Positions 28,128 through 38,136 of a DNA stretch of 64,000 nucleotides are shown one piece after another (the first letter of the stretch is position 1; each line of letters begins with the position of its first letter). The stretch is from assembly GCA_963827685.1 (NCBI GenBank), contig CAWHBU010000002.1:1215912-1279911 (forward strand), read 5' to 3'. Both the position numbers and the translations under genes were made by a program. The stretch is from an uncultured delta proteobacterium (GTDB taxonomy: Bacteria > Desulfobacterota > BSN033 > UBA1163). The notes under the pieces were generated by a model, which did not search any database, was not told the DNA's origin, and saw only the letters and a program-made list of their open reading frames with translations.

Positions 28128-28615
28128 GACCCGACCTCCTCTCGCGAGATAGGCGAATCAAGCCTCTCAAACAAACGATTTCTTATCTCGTTAGCCCGTT
28201 CGTTCTGATTTATACTTACCTCTTTCCCTTCCTGAAATGTCAAACAACCTGTCGGGCATTCCTTTACACATTGCCCGCATAGAGTACAGTTGATCGCCTT
28301 CATCCTTTCTGGATCCATAAAGACTCCATCGTAAGGGCAGGCCGAGATACATTTTCCGCATCCATCGCACAAAACCTCGTCGATGACGATGACGTTCCTC
28401 CTCTTCGAGATGGCCTTGGAAGGACAAACTGGAAGACAACGGGGGACATCACAATGACGGCAAAGAGTTGGTACATCAAAGCCAGGAGGATAATAAGAGA
28501 CTTTTATTCGCGATCTGGCCAAAGAGAAGATTCCAAAGTTATGGTAAGAACATATCAATTGACATAATCTGCAACCCGTACATTTTTCAGCCTGAATGTG
28601 AATCCATTTTATCAT
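28124..28615 (-). CDS. 4Fe-4S dicluster ferredoxin (AOR partner)
   Basis: CTGCRLCQLIC, CRHC...CP, CDGCGKCISACP, CTLCGQCVKECP. Confidence 0.92.
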   Translation of the reverse strand: MIKWIHIQAEKCTGCRLCQLICSYHNFGIFSLARSRIKVSYYPPGFDVPTLCRHCDVPRCLPVCPSKAISKRRNVIVIDEVLCDGCGKCISACPYDGVFMDPERMKAINCTLCGQCVKECPTGCLTFQEGKEVSINQNERANEIRNRLFERLDSPISREEVGS

Positions 28616-28819
28616 GAAAGCAACCCTCTCCCTGTATAAGAAAACTGTTTTAAACGATCCGCCATCTTCTCTGAAGATGGAAAAATGAAAACAGCAAGAT
28701 TACCTATTATATTAGGTGTCGAGGTTCAAAACTCCAGCACTAACGTAAGTTGTATTTGATTTTTCGACGCTCCTCAGATTTGCTGGAACCAGCCTGCTAA
28801 TCCATGTCTATAAAGATTA

Positions 28820-29524
28820 TTATCTCAAATAAGCTCTTTTCACGATTTCGCTATTTCTGAGTCTTTCAATATCACCCTCGGCTATTATCTCTCCTTTTTG
28901 GAGAATGTATCCATACGAAGCAATATCTAATGATTTCTTCGCATTCTGTTCAATAAGCAGTATGGTAATGCCCCTTTCATTTATATCTTCAATTGCTTTA
29001 AACACCCTACTAACTACTATAGGGGCTAATCCCAAGGACGGTTCATCCAATAAAATCATTTTAGGATTTGCCATCAGAGCTCGACCAATGGAAAGCATTC
29101 CTTGTTCACCACCACTAAGGGTACCGGAGATTTGCCCAAGACGCTCTTTCAAAAGTGGCAGAATTTCAAATGTCTTTTCCATTCGGACCCTGATAGTGCT
29201 GCGACTGTTTTCAAAATACGCACCAAGCCTGAGCGTTTCATCTACACTCAGTTTCGGGAAAAGTTGTCTGCTCTCCGGGACAACTGAGATACCCATTTTG
29301 ATGATTTGATAAGTCTTTAGCCGATCTATTCGCACGTCGGAAAATCTTATTTCGCCTGACTTGGGCTTGACTAAGTTAACAATGGTCTTTACGAGGGTAC
29401 TCTTGCCAGCCCCATTTGGCCCAAGGACGCAGGTTGTTTTTCCTTTCCCTGCGAACATAGAGATATCTCGCAATACAACAACTTTTTCTTCATACTGTGA
29501 TGTTACTCCATTAAGCTGTAACAT
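28820..29524 (-). CDS. Liv-type ABC transporter ATPase (LivF-like)
   Basis: GPNGAGKST, LSGGEQ, LDEPSLGLAP. Confidence 0.9.
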   Translation of the reverse strand: MLQLNGVTSQYEEKVVVLRDISMFAGKGKTTCVLGPNGAGKSTLVKTIVNLVKPKSGEIRFSDVRIDRLKTYQIIKMGISVVPESRQLFPKLSVDETLRLGAYFENSRSTIRVRMEKTFEILPLLKERLGQISGTLSGGEQGMLSIGRALMANPKMILLDEPSLGLAPIVVSRVFKAIEDINERGITILLIEQNAKKSLDIASYGYILQKGEIIAEGDIERLRNSEIVKRAYLR

Positions 29525-29528
29525 CTTC

Positions 29529-30311
29529 CTATTTATCCCCCCCCAAATATGCTTCTATCACTTCAGGGTTTTTGGCGACTTCAGAAAAAGGTCCCTCCGC
29601 AATTTTCTTTCCATAATTGAAAACGATGACCCGTTGAGCGATCTTTTCTATCACCGACATGTCGTGCTCAATAATAATAATGCTGATATCTTTATATTTT
29701 GCTTTTACTTTGCCAATATCCTCCATCAACCTTTCCGTTTCCCCGGGAGACATCCCCGCCGAGGGTTCATCTAGTAAAAGCAAACTTGGATCACTTACCA
29801 AAGCCCGGCAAATTTCCACCTTCCTTCTCTCCCCTTGAGGCAAATCTACAACGGGCTTGAAGTGGCTATCCCTCAATTCCAAACTAAAATAACCAAGGAC
29901 TTCGAGGGCTTCTTCACAACAACGTTTCAGTTCGTCCTTGGCCTTTTTATATCTTAGAACGATGTCAAAAAATCTGGCTTGTTGCTTGCTATGCATGCCT
30001 ATAATAACGTTGTCCAGAATACTTAACTCCCAAAAAAGCCGACTGTTTTGGAAAGTCCTGGCCATCCCTTTCCTTGTAATCTCATGGGGCTTTTCCCCTA
30101 CAATGTTTCTATTGTTGAACCAAACTTCGCCTTCAGCAGGTTTGTAAATTCCTGAAATTAGATTAAAAAAAGTGGTTTTACCCGATCCATTCGGTCCAAT
30201 GAGACCAACAACTTCTCCCCAGCCAACGTCAAAATTTACCTTGTTAACGGCACACAAACCTCCAAACGAAATCGAAAGATCTTTTGTCTGTAGTATCCAA
30301 TGATTTTTCAT
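29529..30311 (-). CDS. Liv-type ABC transporter ATPase (LivG-like)
   Basis: GPNGSGKTT, ARTFQN, LDEPSAG, IEHDM, EAYLG. Confidence 0.9.
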   Translation of the reverse strand: MKNHWILQTKDLSISFGGLCAVNKVNFDVGWGEVVGLIGPNGSGKTTFFNLISGIYKPAEGEVWFNNRNIVGEKPHEITRKGMARTFQNSRLFWELSILDNVIIGMHSKQQARFFDIVLRYKKAKDELKRCCEEALEVLGYFSLELRDSHFKPVVDLPQGERRKVEICRALVSDPSLLLLDEPSAGMSPGETERLMEDIGKVKAKYKDISIIIIEHDMSVIEKIAQRVIVFNYGKKIAEGPFSEVAKNPEVIEAYLGGDK

Positions 30312-30334
30312 GCTTTCCTGGTTCGAGCAATAAA

Positions 30335-31477
30335 TTAAGTATACCGCCTCATTTTCTGAGGGAACAATCCTTTTGGCCTAACTAAAAGCATCACTAATAT
30401 GACAATCGCAAACACTAACAACCGATAACTCTGCATCACCTGGAATTTTTCAGGAATAAGCGCCATTATCAATGCCCCGAATATAACACCAGCTGTATTT
30501 CCCATACCTCCAACAATTACCATAGTAATCACAATGATTGAAAGCATGAAGGCGAAATCTTCTGGGGAGATGAAACTAACGCTGAAAGCATAGATCGCAC
30601 CAGTCAATCCATCAAAAAAAGCATTTGTATAAAAGGCCCTAATTTTGCACCCCGTTACATCAATGCCCTGACATTCAGCCGCAATTTCATCTTCCCGAAT
30701 CGCATTCCAAGCCAATCCGGTTTTGGAGTTATACAGGCGCCGAGCAAAAATAAATTCTATAAAAAGGAGAACAAGAATTAGGTAATAGAAGTTTGCCTGG
30801 AAGGGAAGCTCCATCCCAAAAAGATGAACAGAAGAACCAAGAGAAAATCCTCCAATGGTCGGGTAAGGAATGCCGCTGATGCCATTGGGCCCGCCCGTCC
30901 AAGTCAGGTTGTTCAATAAAAGGTACACAACGAGTGCTGCAGCAATTGTCACAAGGGAAAGATGATATGTCTTGGTTTTCATGGTTGGAAGACCAAGGAG
31001 AAACCCGAAAAGGCAAGCCGCGATGCCACTGAGAGGAAGCACCGCCCAGAAAGACCAACCATAATTTACAGCCAATAGAGCCCCTGTGTAGGCACCAATT
31101 CCATAATTTGCAGCCGTGGCGAAACTAACAAGGCCAGTAGCTCCCACTTGAAAGTCAAGACCAACCGCCAGAGAACAGTAAAGACCAGCAATAAATAACA
31201 CATGAATCAGATAAGGGTTTTTGTGAAGCATGAAAGGCAATGATAGAATAAACACTAACCCCCAGCAAAGAGCCGCCTTTTTGTACCGATTGAAGAGCTC
31301 TTGTAAAAAAGTGTTCACATAATCAAGTCTTCTAATGAGATAAGTTATTAGGAGTGTGCCAAAGATGGCGGCCAGGATAGTGAATGTCCCCTCTGCAATC
31401 AAAAAAACGATAAAGAGGGCAAAAAAAGCAGTCTCAAGCAGAAGGACAAGTAGAATATTTTTGATATGTTCTTTCAC
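30335..31477 (-). CDS. Liv-type ABC transporter permease (LivM-like)
   Basis: TGGPNG, AIREDEIAA, VIVGGMG. Confidence 0.9.
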   Translation of the reverse strand: MKEHIKNILLVLLLETAFFALFIVFLIAEGTFTILAAIFGTLLITYLIRRLDYVNTFLQELFNRYKKAALCWGLVFILSLPFMLHKNPYLIHVLFIAGLYCSLAVGLDFQVGATGLVSFATAANYGIGAYTGALLAVNYGWSFWAVLPLSGIAACLFGFLLGLPTMKTKTYHLSLVTIAAALVVYLLLNNLTWTGGPNGISGIPYPTIGGFSLGSSVHLFGMELPFQANFYYLILVLLFIEFIFARRLYNSKTGLAWNAIREDEIAAECQGIDVTGCKIRAFYTNAFFDGLTGAIYAFSVSFISPEDFAFMLSIIVITMVIVGGMGNTAGVIFGALIMALIPEKFQVMQSYRLLVFAIVILVMLLVRPKGLFPQKMRRYT

Positions 31478-31501
31478 GTCTCCTCTTCTCTCACACGTTC
31501 C

Positions 31502-32425
31502 TCAAACTTTTTCGAAGATTTTTTCTCCAAGTAACCCCGAAGGCCTAAACACTAAGAAGAAGATGACAAGTAAAAAAGCTACAACATCTTTATAAGGCGA
31601 CCCTCCCGGGATATAAGCCGAGCAGATCGTTTCTGCCATTCCGAGAGTGAGTCCTCCTAATATAGCCCCATAAAAATTCCCTAACCCTCCAACGACGGCT
31701 GCCGAAAAACCCTTAATGCCTGCATTTAACCCTATATCGAACTTTATCACCTCGAAATAAGAACCGGTCAAGATACCGGCAACTCCGGCCAAAATAGACC
31801 CGGCAAAAAAAGTAACCATAATAGCCAAGTCGGGATTAATCCCCATTAGACTCGCTGCCTCAATATTTTGTGAAATGGCACGAATTGCCAATCCTATTTT
31901 TGTCTTATTAATAAGAAGCATCATTCCAACAATGACCGAGAGAGTAACTCCGAGGATGAGAAATTGTATGGTCTGGAAATGTAAAGGACCAATGAAGAAT
32001 CCGGATTGTGGAAAGATTTTTGGGAAAACTTGTGGATTACTGCCCTGGGGGTAGAAAAGTCTAATGGACTCCCTGATGATAATCCCCAGCGAAATTGTTG
32101 CTACCAGAACCATCAGTATAGGAGAATTCCTAAAAGGCTTTACAACAGCCCTCTCAAATATAACTCCCATCCCTCCGGTGATCACTAGTGTCCCAAAGAT
32201 TATACCACTTACCAAAAGCCACGTGGAATAAGCTTCTGTGAAACCTGCAATCTGCGCAAGGCTATAAAGGCTCATTGCCACAAAAGCTCCCAGCGTCGCA
32301 ACATCGCCATGAGCGAAGTGGATAATGTTGATAGCTCCAAAGAAAAGCGTAAAGCCCACTGCAATGAGCACATAAACAGAGCTGAGCATCAATGCAACAA
32401 ATATTATCTCTATAAAATGGTACAT
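31502..32425 (-). CDS. Liv-type ABC transporter permease (LivH-like)
   Basis: IIHFAHGD, AIRAISQN, AAVVGGLG, RPSGLLG. Confidence 0.9.
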   Translation of the reverse strand: MYHFIEIIFVALMLSSVYVLIAVGFTLFFGAINIIHFAHGDVATLGAFVAMSLYSLAQIAGFTEAYSTWLLVSGIIFGTLVITGGMGVIFERAVVKPFRNSPILMVLVATISLGIIIRESIRLFYPQGSNPQVFPKIFPQSGFFIGPLHFQTIQFLILGVTLSVIVGMMLLINKTKIGLAIRAISQNIEAASLMGINPDLAIMVTFFAGSILAGVAGILTGSYFEVIKFDIGLNAGIKGFSAAVVGGLGNFYGAILGGLTLGMAETICSAYIPGGSPYKDVVAFLLVIFFLVFRPSGLLGEKIFEKV

Positions 32426-32450
32426 ATAAACTCTCTGTTTGTATCAATAT

Positions 32451-32483
32451 TGGAGAGGCGGCCCCGAATGAACCGCCCCTCCA
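32451..32483 (-). terminator. Hairpin downstream of the first substrate-binding protein gene
   Basis: TGGAGAGGCGG...CCGCCCCTCCA imperfect inverted repeat. Confidence 0.45.
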
Positions 32484-32513
32484 GCTAAGACTTTTGGTTT
32501 GTTTCCTATTTAG

Positions 32514-33701
32514 CTATCTTTTGGGTAATTTTCTCACCCCTTTTGAGTAGTCTGAGCCCTCCCATGGGATCCATTTCCCATCTTGAACCACTTTCTCCGT
32601 TAGCCCAGCCGTTAGGGATTGACCATATTCATCAAACTTGGTGAGACCGAGAACTCCGTGGTACTCTGTTGCTCTGATCGTCTTGGCTATCAGCTTCCTG
32701 TCATCCGGCCCAACCTTATTGATTACAGCAATGATTAGATTTGTTGCGTCATAGGCATAGGCGCCACAACTTTCGTAAGGTTCTTTATAGCCCTCCGCCT
32801 TGTATGCCTTAACAAACGGAGAGTCTTCGCCAATATGCATTTTCCCCACAACTACCGATCCTTCAGCAGCTTTGCCAGCGGTTTTAGTAAAAGTCTCGGT
32901 ATCAAACCCAGGCGATCCTGTGTACAATATATCTTGCATCCCCAGCTCGTTCATTTGGAGCTTAATCAATGCAGCCTCCGTGCCAATACCACCATAGTAA
33001 ATGACCTGCGGCCCGGGGTTCAATGACTTGATTCGCAATAAAATGGGCCGGAAATCCTGGGTGCCCACCGTCACCCCATCGGCCGACAACATTTTAGCCC
33101 CAACTTTGGCCAAGGAAGCTGTTATGCTTTTGAAACAAGCATCTCCGTAACTGGTGGTATCATAGAGGACACTCCAGTTTTTGTAGCCAAGCTTTTCGAC
33201 CACAAACTTCGCCAGCAAGTTATGGGATGAGATTGTATTTTCACAAACTCGAGTGACCTCAGGAAAGTTATATTTGTACGTAATATCCGGAGAGACTCCA
33301 GCCCAAAACACTTGTGGGGTTTGATACCGGTGGAATACGTGGATCGTCGCTAACCCTACAGGGCTATTGAAATGCGTCGTAGCCGCAGCGACTCTGTCAA
33401 CGGTACAAAGCTTTGTAGCCGCCGCGACACCTGTAGAAGGATCAGAGGCATCGTCCATTACAACGAGCTCGTACCGATAAGGCGCGTTACCCCTCCGATT
33501 TGTCTCCTTGACAGCTAAATCAGCTGAATTTCTTGCTCCCAGACCAATGGCAGCAACACTTCCCGTTAATGGGCCAATGAACCCGATTTTTACAGTCTTT
33601 TTCTCCGCCGCGAATAATCGGGCCCCCAAAAGACCCAAACTAGCGCATATTGTAATTGCAATCGTTACCAAAATTACCCTTACTAAGTGTCGCGATGACA
33701 T
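32514..33701 (-). CDS. LivK-like periplasmic substrate-binding protein
   Basis: Signal peptide, KIGFIGPLTG, DDASDP, YAYDA. Confidence 0.9.
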   Translation of the reverse strand: MSSRHLVRVILVTIAITICASLGLLGARLFAAEKKTVKIGFIGPLTGSVAAIGLGARNSADLAVKETNRRGNAPYRYELVVMDDASDPSTGVAAATKLCTVDRVAAATTHFNSPVGLATIHVFHRYQTPQVFWAGVSPDITYKYNFPEVTRVCENTISSHNLLAKFVVEKLGYKNWSVLYDTTSYGDACFKSITASLAKVGAKMLSADGVTVGTQDFRPILLRIKSLNPGPQVIYYGGIGTEAALIKLQMNELGMQDILYTGSPGFDTETFTKTAGKAAEGSVVVGKMHIGEDSPFVKAYKAEGYKEPYESCGAYAYDATNLIIAVINKVGPDDRKLIAKTIRATEYHGVLGLTKFDEYGQSLTAGLTEKVVQDGKWIPWEGSDYSKGVRKLPKR

Positions 33702-33782
33702 ATTGTATTGCCTCCTTTCGGATATCTAATGCCTTCGAAAAACCTGATGGTGAAATTGTTCTCTGACTGAGAAAGCGAGGAT

Positions 33783-34544
33783 CTAACGAACTTTGTCATA
33801 ACGCGTATAAACCACATCTGGCTCTGGTATCCTCTCTTTCCTCGCATGCTCGGGGTCATGGTTCGGAATGATAATGTCACAGATATCTCTAAACTTTAAC
33901 ATGTTATCGTAGCTTGCGATTGGGTCAGAATACATCCCTATGTTGATAATATTATCTTTTGTATTCATCGGAACTGGAGGTTCAAAATTCTGGGTAATGC
34001 AACAAAATCCCGTTATACCGGCAATCCCTTTACTTGTTTCAACAACAACAGATTGACAACCAGGGGTATGGCCCGGAGTAAATATTGCTTTAACTCCCGG
34101 TACAATCTCCTGGTCTCCTTCAATCATCTCAAATTTTATGCCCTCCCAGATCCTTTTGTCATAATAAAACTGATAAGCGGGATGCGGATTCATCGCAAAC
34201 TCATATTCCTTTTTTTGAACATAAAACTTCGCCTTCGTATATTTATTGCCATACCCAATATGCTCGTAATACAAATGAGTGGCTATAACAATATCAATAT
34301 CAGAAGGTTTGAGTCCGAATTCCTTAAGTTTTTCTTCAGGAGTTGCAAGATTCTTCCAAGGACCAAAACGAAGTAACTGGGCCCTTGAAGAAGTATCTAC
34401 CAAGATCTTCTTATTCGCACCTTCAATATACCAACTGTAAGCTATAGCAGGTACTATTTCACCCCAGCCAAATTGGTTCGTCATAAAACATTTTGGCATG
34501 TCCCAAGTCATTAAAGGCATCGGCCTTATGCTATAATCCTTCAT
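33783..34544 (-). CDS. Metallo-beta-lactamase-fold hydrolase (AHL-lactonase-like) with altered metal motif
   Basis: ILVDT, ATHLYYEHIG (HxHxDH variant), TPGHTPG, IIPNHD. Confidence 0.8.
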   Translation of the reverse strand: MKDYSIRPMPLMTWDMPKCFMTNQFGWGEIVPAIAYSWYIEGANKKILVDTSSRAQLLRFGPWKNLATPEEKLKEFGLKPSDIDIVIATHLYYEHIGYGNKYTKAKFYVQKKEYEFAMNPHPAYQFYYDKRIWEGIKFEMIEGDQEIVPGVKAIFTPGHTPGCQSVVVETSKGIAGITGFCCITQNFEPPVPMNTKDNIINIGMYSDPIASYDNMLKFRDICDIIIPNHDPEHARKERIPEPDVVYTRYDKVR

Positions 34545-34695
34545 TTTCCTACCTCCTATAATTGATTTTAGTTTTTTAAGCTGAGATTTCAGTAAAGATC
34601 ATGATCATCCAAATGTAAATCGGTTTCTGCTAAAATCTTTCATTTTTCACCTCCTAAACGGATTCTTGGTTTTCTAAACCCCGCCTTCGATCAAG

Positions 34696-35691
34696 TCACG
34701 ATCGTCTAAATTCAGAACCGGTCTCCTGCATTTCGACATTTTTCGTTCTAAAAAACACTTGGATGATTTGTTGTAGCCAACTTACAACCCCGTCAGGTTT
34801 AAATATAAAAATTAATATAACTAGAATCCCAACGATACCAAAGCGGAATTCTGCTGTGATATCAAACGAAATAGGTATTCCCGCCGCTATTACAGCACCC
34901 ACTATCGGGCCTAAGATATTATTGGTCCCCCCAATCAGGCTACAAAAAACCATTGTCAAAGATAACTCGGCATTCCAAAGTTCTGGAGAAATAAACCCAA
35001 TGAAATGTGCATATAAGACTCCACCGAGACCAATAAACGGTGGAAAGATTAGGTATGCCAACATAATATACTTCTGAGTATTGATACCAACTGTATCAGC
35101 AAGTTCTAGATTCCTACCAATCAAAGTCAAGATCCTTCCAAACCTGGAATTCATAATCTTAAAAATAAGGAATAAGGATACTGCGGTTACAGATAGTACC
35201 ACCCAATACCTTTGACCTATGTTAGCAAAGAAGCTTTGTGGGGTGAAATACCGTACTTTTAACCCATCGATTCCATATGTGAAATTCGGAAAAGCAACTA
35301 TTACATATTTAAACATAAAAATAAATGCCAGATTTAGTATTGCAAATTGTATATGACCAACTATCCTCCTAGCTAATAAATAGAAGAGCATCCCAACCGC
35401 GCAAGAAGTTGCCATAGCTATAATAATTGTAATCCATGTATTCCTGATAATCTCACCAAGTAAGCCAGTTGTATAACCGCTTATTTCTGCTATAATTACA
35501 ACAGCAAATAACGCCTGCCCACCCTGATGAAATATTGCCCATGTTGCAGACGCCCATAACATATTTACTAAAAGCAGTGATATTACAAAAAGTATAAAGT
35601 CATTTGTAAAAAAAGGGGCAAGCAATAATGTTGTTAGCAACAGAATAATTAATATTACACTATAATTAGTCTTATTATTTTTCATGGGCAT
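34696..35691 (-). CDS. Liv-type ABC permease (divergent LivM-like)
   Basis: TYGIDG, SRFGR, LIGG, KPDG; multiple TM helices. Confidence 0.82.
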   Translation of the reverse strand: MPMKNNKTNYSVILIILLLTTLLLAPFFTNDFILFVISLLLVNMLWASATWAIFHQGGQALFAVVIIAEISGYTTGLLGEIIRNTWITIIIAMATSCAVGMLFYLLARRIVGHIQFAILNLAFIFMFKYVIVAFPNFTYGIDGLKVRYFTPQSFFANIGQRYWVVLSVTAVSLFLIFKIMNSRFGRILTLIGRNLELADTVGINTQKYIMLAYLIFPPFIGLGGVLYAHFIGFISPELWNAELSLTMVFCSLIGGTNNILGPIVGAVIAAGIPISFDITAEFRFGIVGILVILIFIFKPDGVVSWLQQIIQVFFRTKNVEMQETGSEFRRS

Positions 35692-35694
35692 TAT

Positions 35695-36570
35695 TTAAAT
35701 ATCCCGTCTTGTTGGTATAACGCCTTTAGGTTTTACTATCACCAGAATTATCAGGATGAATGTTGTTATTATATATTCAAACTTACTCCCGAGCAAAAAG
35801 TCGGTTGTGCTCAATGCCAGGCCAATTATGAGAGAAATGAAAAAAGCCCCATAGATGCTCCCGAGTCCGCCCATCACTGCTATAAGGAATCCATAAAGAG
35901 TGAATAAAGTTCCACTTCCTAACTCGAGAGAAAACATTTCTCCCCATAAAGTGGCTCCTATGTATGCACACCCACCACCGATTGCCGCTGTAATTAAATA
36001 AATTCTTCCAATATTTATTTTTATCAACCTTGCTAAAAACGAATTTTGTGTAACTCCACGCACCTGGGTACCTGCCCTTGTCTTGTTTAGGATAATATGA
36101 CTCAACACCAATATTAGGATCGCAATACCAATGGTTATCAATTCATATCCAGTTATCGAGGCGCTAAGTATTTTTAAGGTTCCCAATCTTGGAAGACGTA
36201 TTGTGGTCATTGTAGACCTAAATATATTTAGCAAAATTGCAGGTAGTAAAAGGGATAAGCCAAAAGTACCATAGATAACGAAAATCCTTCCTCTATCACC
36301 GCCACCCACTGAATTAAATAAGGGCTCAACCACAAACCTCTGAATAATCATTCCAAGCAAAATTGAGATTCCAATGCCCGCTAAAATTGCAAAGAGAATA
36401 TTCACATCACTTTTTATAATTGTTGAAGTAACATACGCGCCCGTCAGACCTATTGTTCCAATTACAAGATTCGGGAACCCTCCCACTCCATATAAAAAGG
36501 TGACAGAAAAGGAAATAAGAAAATAAATCGCTGCTAAGCTTAATCCCTTAATAATTATTGGACCTAACAA
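35695..36570 (-). CDS. Liv-type ABC permease (divergent LivH-like)
   Basis: AVMGGLGSIYG, KPKG; multiple TM helices. Confidence 0.82.
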   Translation of the reverse strand: MLGPIIIKGLSLAAIYFLISFSVTFLYGVGGFPNLVIGTIGLTGAYVTSTIIKSDVNILFAILAGIGISILLGMIIQRFVVEPLFNSVGGGDRGRIFVIYGTFGLSLLLPAILLNIFRSTMTTIRLPRLGTLKILSASITGYELITIGIAILILVLSHIILNKTRAGTQVRGVTQNSFLARLIKINIGRIYLITAAIGGGCAYIGATLWGEMFSLELGSGTLFTLYGFLIAVMGGLGSIYGAFFISLIIGLALSTTDFLLGSKFEYIITTFILIILVIVKPKGVIPTRRDI

Positions 36571-36589
36571 ATTTTTCCTCCATTTTGCA

Positions 36590-37297
36590 TTATAGTTGCA
36601 CCCCTAAATAGACCTTTCTTATTTTCTCATCTTTTTTAAGATCTTCCGCTTTACCTTGTAACCTTATTTCCCCTCCTTCTATGACATACACACGGTCAGA
36701 AATATCCAAAATGCGAGGTGTTTGCTCTGAAATCAAAATTGATAAATCAAGATTTTTACTTATTTTTTTTATCGTATCAAGAATCAGTCCTACCATTATT
36801 GGTGCTAATCCAAGCGTTGGTTCATCCAACATTACTAAGTCTGACTTTCTGACTAAACCCATTCCTAAAGCTAGCATTTGACGCTGCCCACCACTTAAAG
36901 TGCATGCTTCTTGATTCCTTCTCTCAAATAAGACTGGAAAAAGTTCGAAAATTTCATCATTTATGACTTTTTGTTTTGAAACACCTTTAGCAATCCAGAG
37001 GTTCTCAAAAACGGTTAAAAATGGAAAGGTAGCGAGTTCTTGCGGAATGAGACAAATTTGTTTACTAATCTCTCGGATTTGTTCTACATGAATTTTTTTC
37101 CCTGCAAATTCTATACTTCCTTTAGGAAATTTATACAGGCCCATCAACGAGCCAAATAAGGTACTTTTGCCTGCTCCATTTGGACCAATTAAAGCAACAA
37201 TTTCTCCTCTCTTTATATCCAGACTTATATTTCTTAAAACTAAAACTCCTCCCCGTATTACGTCTAAGTCCCTTATCTGAAGCAGGGTTTCAGACAT
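36590..37297 (-). CDS. Liv-type ABC ATPase (LivF-like)
   Basis: GPNGAGKST, LSGGQRQM, LDEPTLGLAP. Confidence 0.9.
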   Translation of the reverse strand: MSETLLQIRDLDVIRGGVLVLRNISLDIKRGEIVALIGPNGAGKSTLFGSLMGLYKFPKGSIEFAGKKIHVEQIREISKQICLIPQELATFPFLTVFENLWIAKGVSKQKVINDEIFELFPVLFERRNQEACTLSGGQRQMLALGMGLVRKSDLVMLDEPTLGLAPIMVGLILDTIKKISKNLDLSILISEQTPRILDISDRVYVIEGGEIRLQGKAEDLKKDEKIRKVYLGVQL

Positions 37298-37300
37298 TAT

Positions 37301-38023
37301 CTATTCTCCTAAATATATCTTGTGAACATCTTGATTTTTTTGTATTTCATCTGGTGATCCTTCCGCAAATTTTGTACCCTGATGCATTACAATAATCACA
37401 TCCGAAACACTCATAATTGCCCTCATGGTATGCCCAATTATGCAAAAAGTAATTCCGAGCTTGTTAAATTTTTGAATAATCTCTATAAGTTTCATTGTCT
37501 CTTCTTCATTAAAACCCGCCATTATTTCATCAAACAACACCAGCTTAGGTTCACAAATTAATGCTCTTCCTACTTCAACTAATCTTCGCGCCACCGGAGT
37601 GATTTCTGTTATATTTGATTTATAAAGATGAGAAAGCCCAAGTAATTCCAACATGTTTTCTACTCTTTCCTTCTCTTTTTTCTCATGCAAAAACTTACAT
37701 ATTATGCCCGCTTTCACATTTTCAAGAACACTTAATCTAGGGAAATTGTTTAACATCTGAAAAGATCTGGCAATCCCCATCTGAGCAACTTGGTAAGGTT
37801 TCAACTCATTAATTCGTTTTCCCATGAACCTCAATTCTCCTGAATCGACAGGGATAAGTCTATTGACCAGGTTAAAAAAAGTTGTTTTGCCCGCTCCGTT
37901 TGGGCCAATTAAACCTGCGATTTTTCCTCTTTCTATTGTCAAATTCAAATCTTTAATTGCTTCGAGTCCCCCAAATCTTTTCCTTACTCCATCAGCAACC
38001 AGAATTGCGTCATTTTTCTTCAC
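37301..38023 (-). CDS. Liv-type ABC ATPase (LivG-like)
   Basis: GPNGAGKTT, ARSFQ, FDEIMAG. Confidence 0.9.
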   Translation of the reverse strand: MKKNDAILVADGVRKRFGGLEAIKDLNLTIERGKIAGLIGPNGAGKTTFFNLVNRLIPVDSGELRFMGKRINELKPYQVAQMGIARSFQMLNNFPRLSVLENVKAGIICKFLHEKKEKERVENMLELLGLSHLYKSNITEITPVARRLVEVGRALICEPKLVLFDEIMAGFNEEETMKLIEIIQKFNKLGITFCIIGHTMRAIMSVSDVIIVMHQGTKFAEGSPDEIQKNQDVHKIYLGE

Positions 38024-38092
38024 TTATCTTCCTCAAATTTGAAATCTTTCATACTTTACAAATCTCAATCCTTTAAATCTCTGTTCATAATT

Positions 38093-38130
38093 AAGATTGG
38101 GCTCAGTTTAATAAAGCCGAGCCCAATCTT
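38093..38130 (-). terminator. Hairpin downstream of the second substrate-binding protein gene
   Basis: AAGATTGGGCTC...GAGCCCAATCTT, 12-bp stem. Confidence 0.55.
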
Positions 38131-38136
38131 GAAAGT

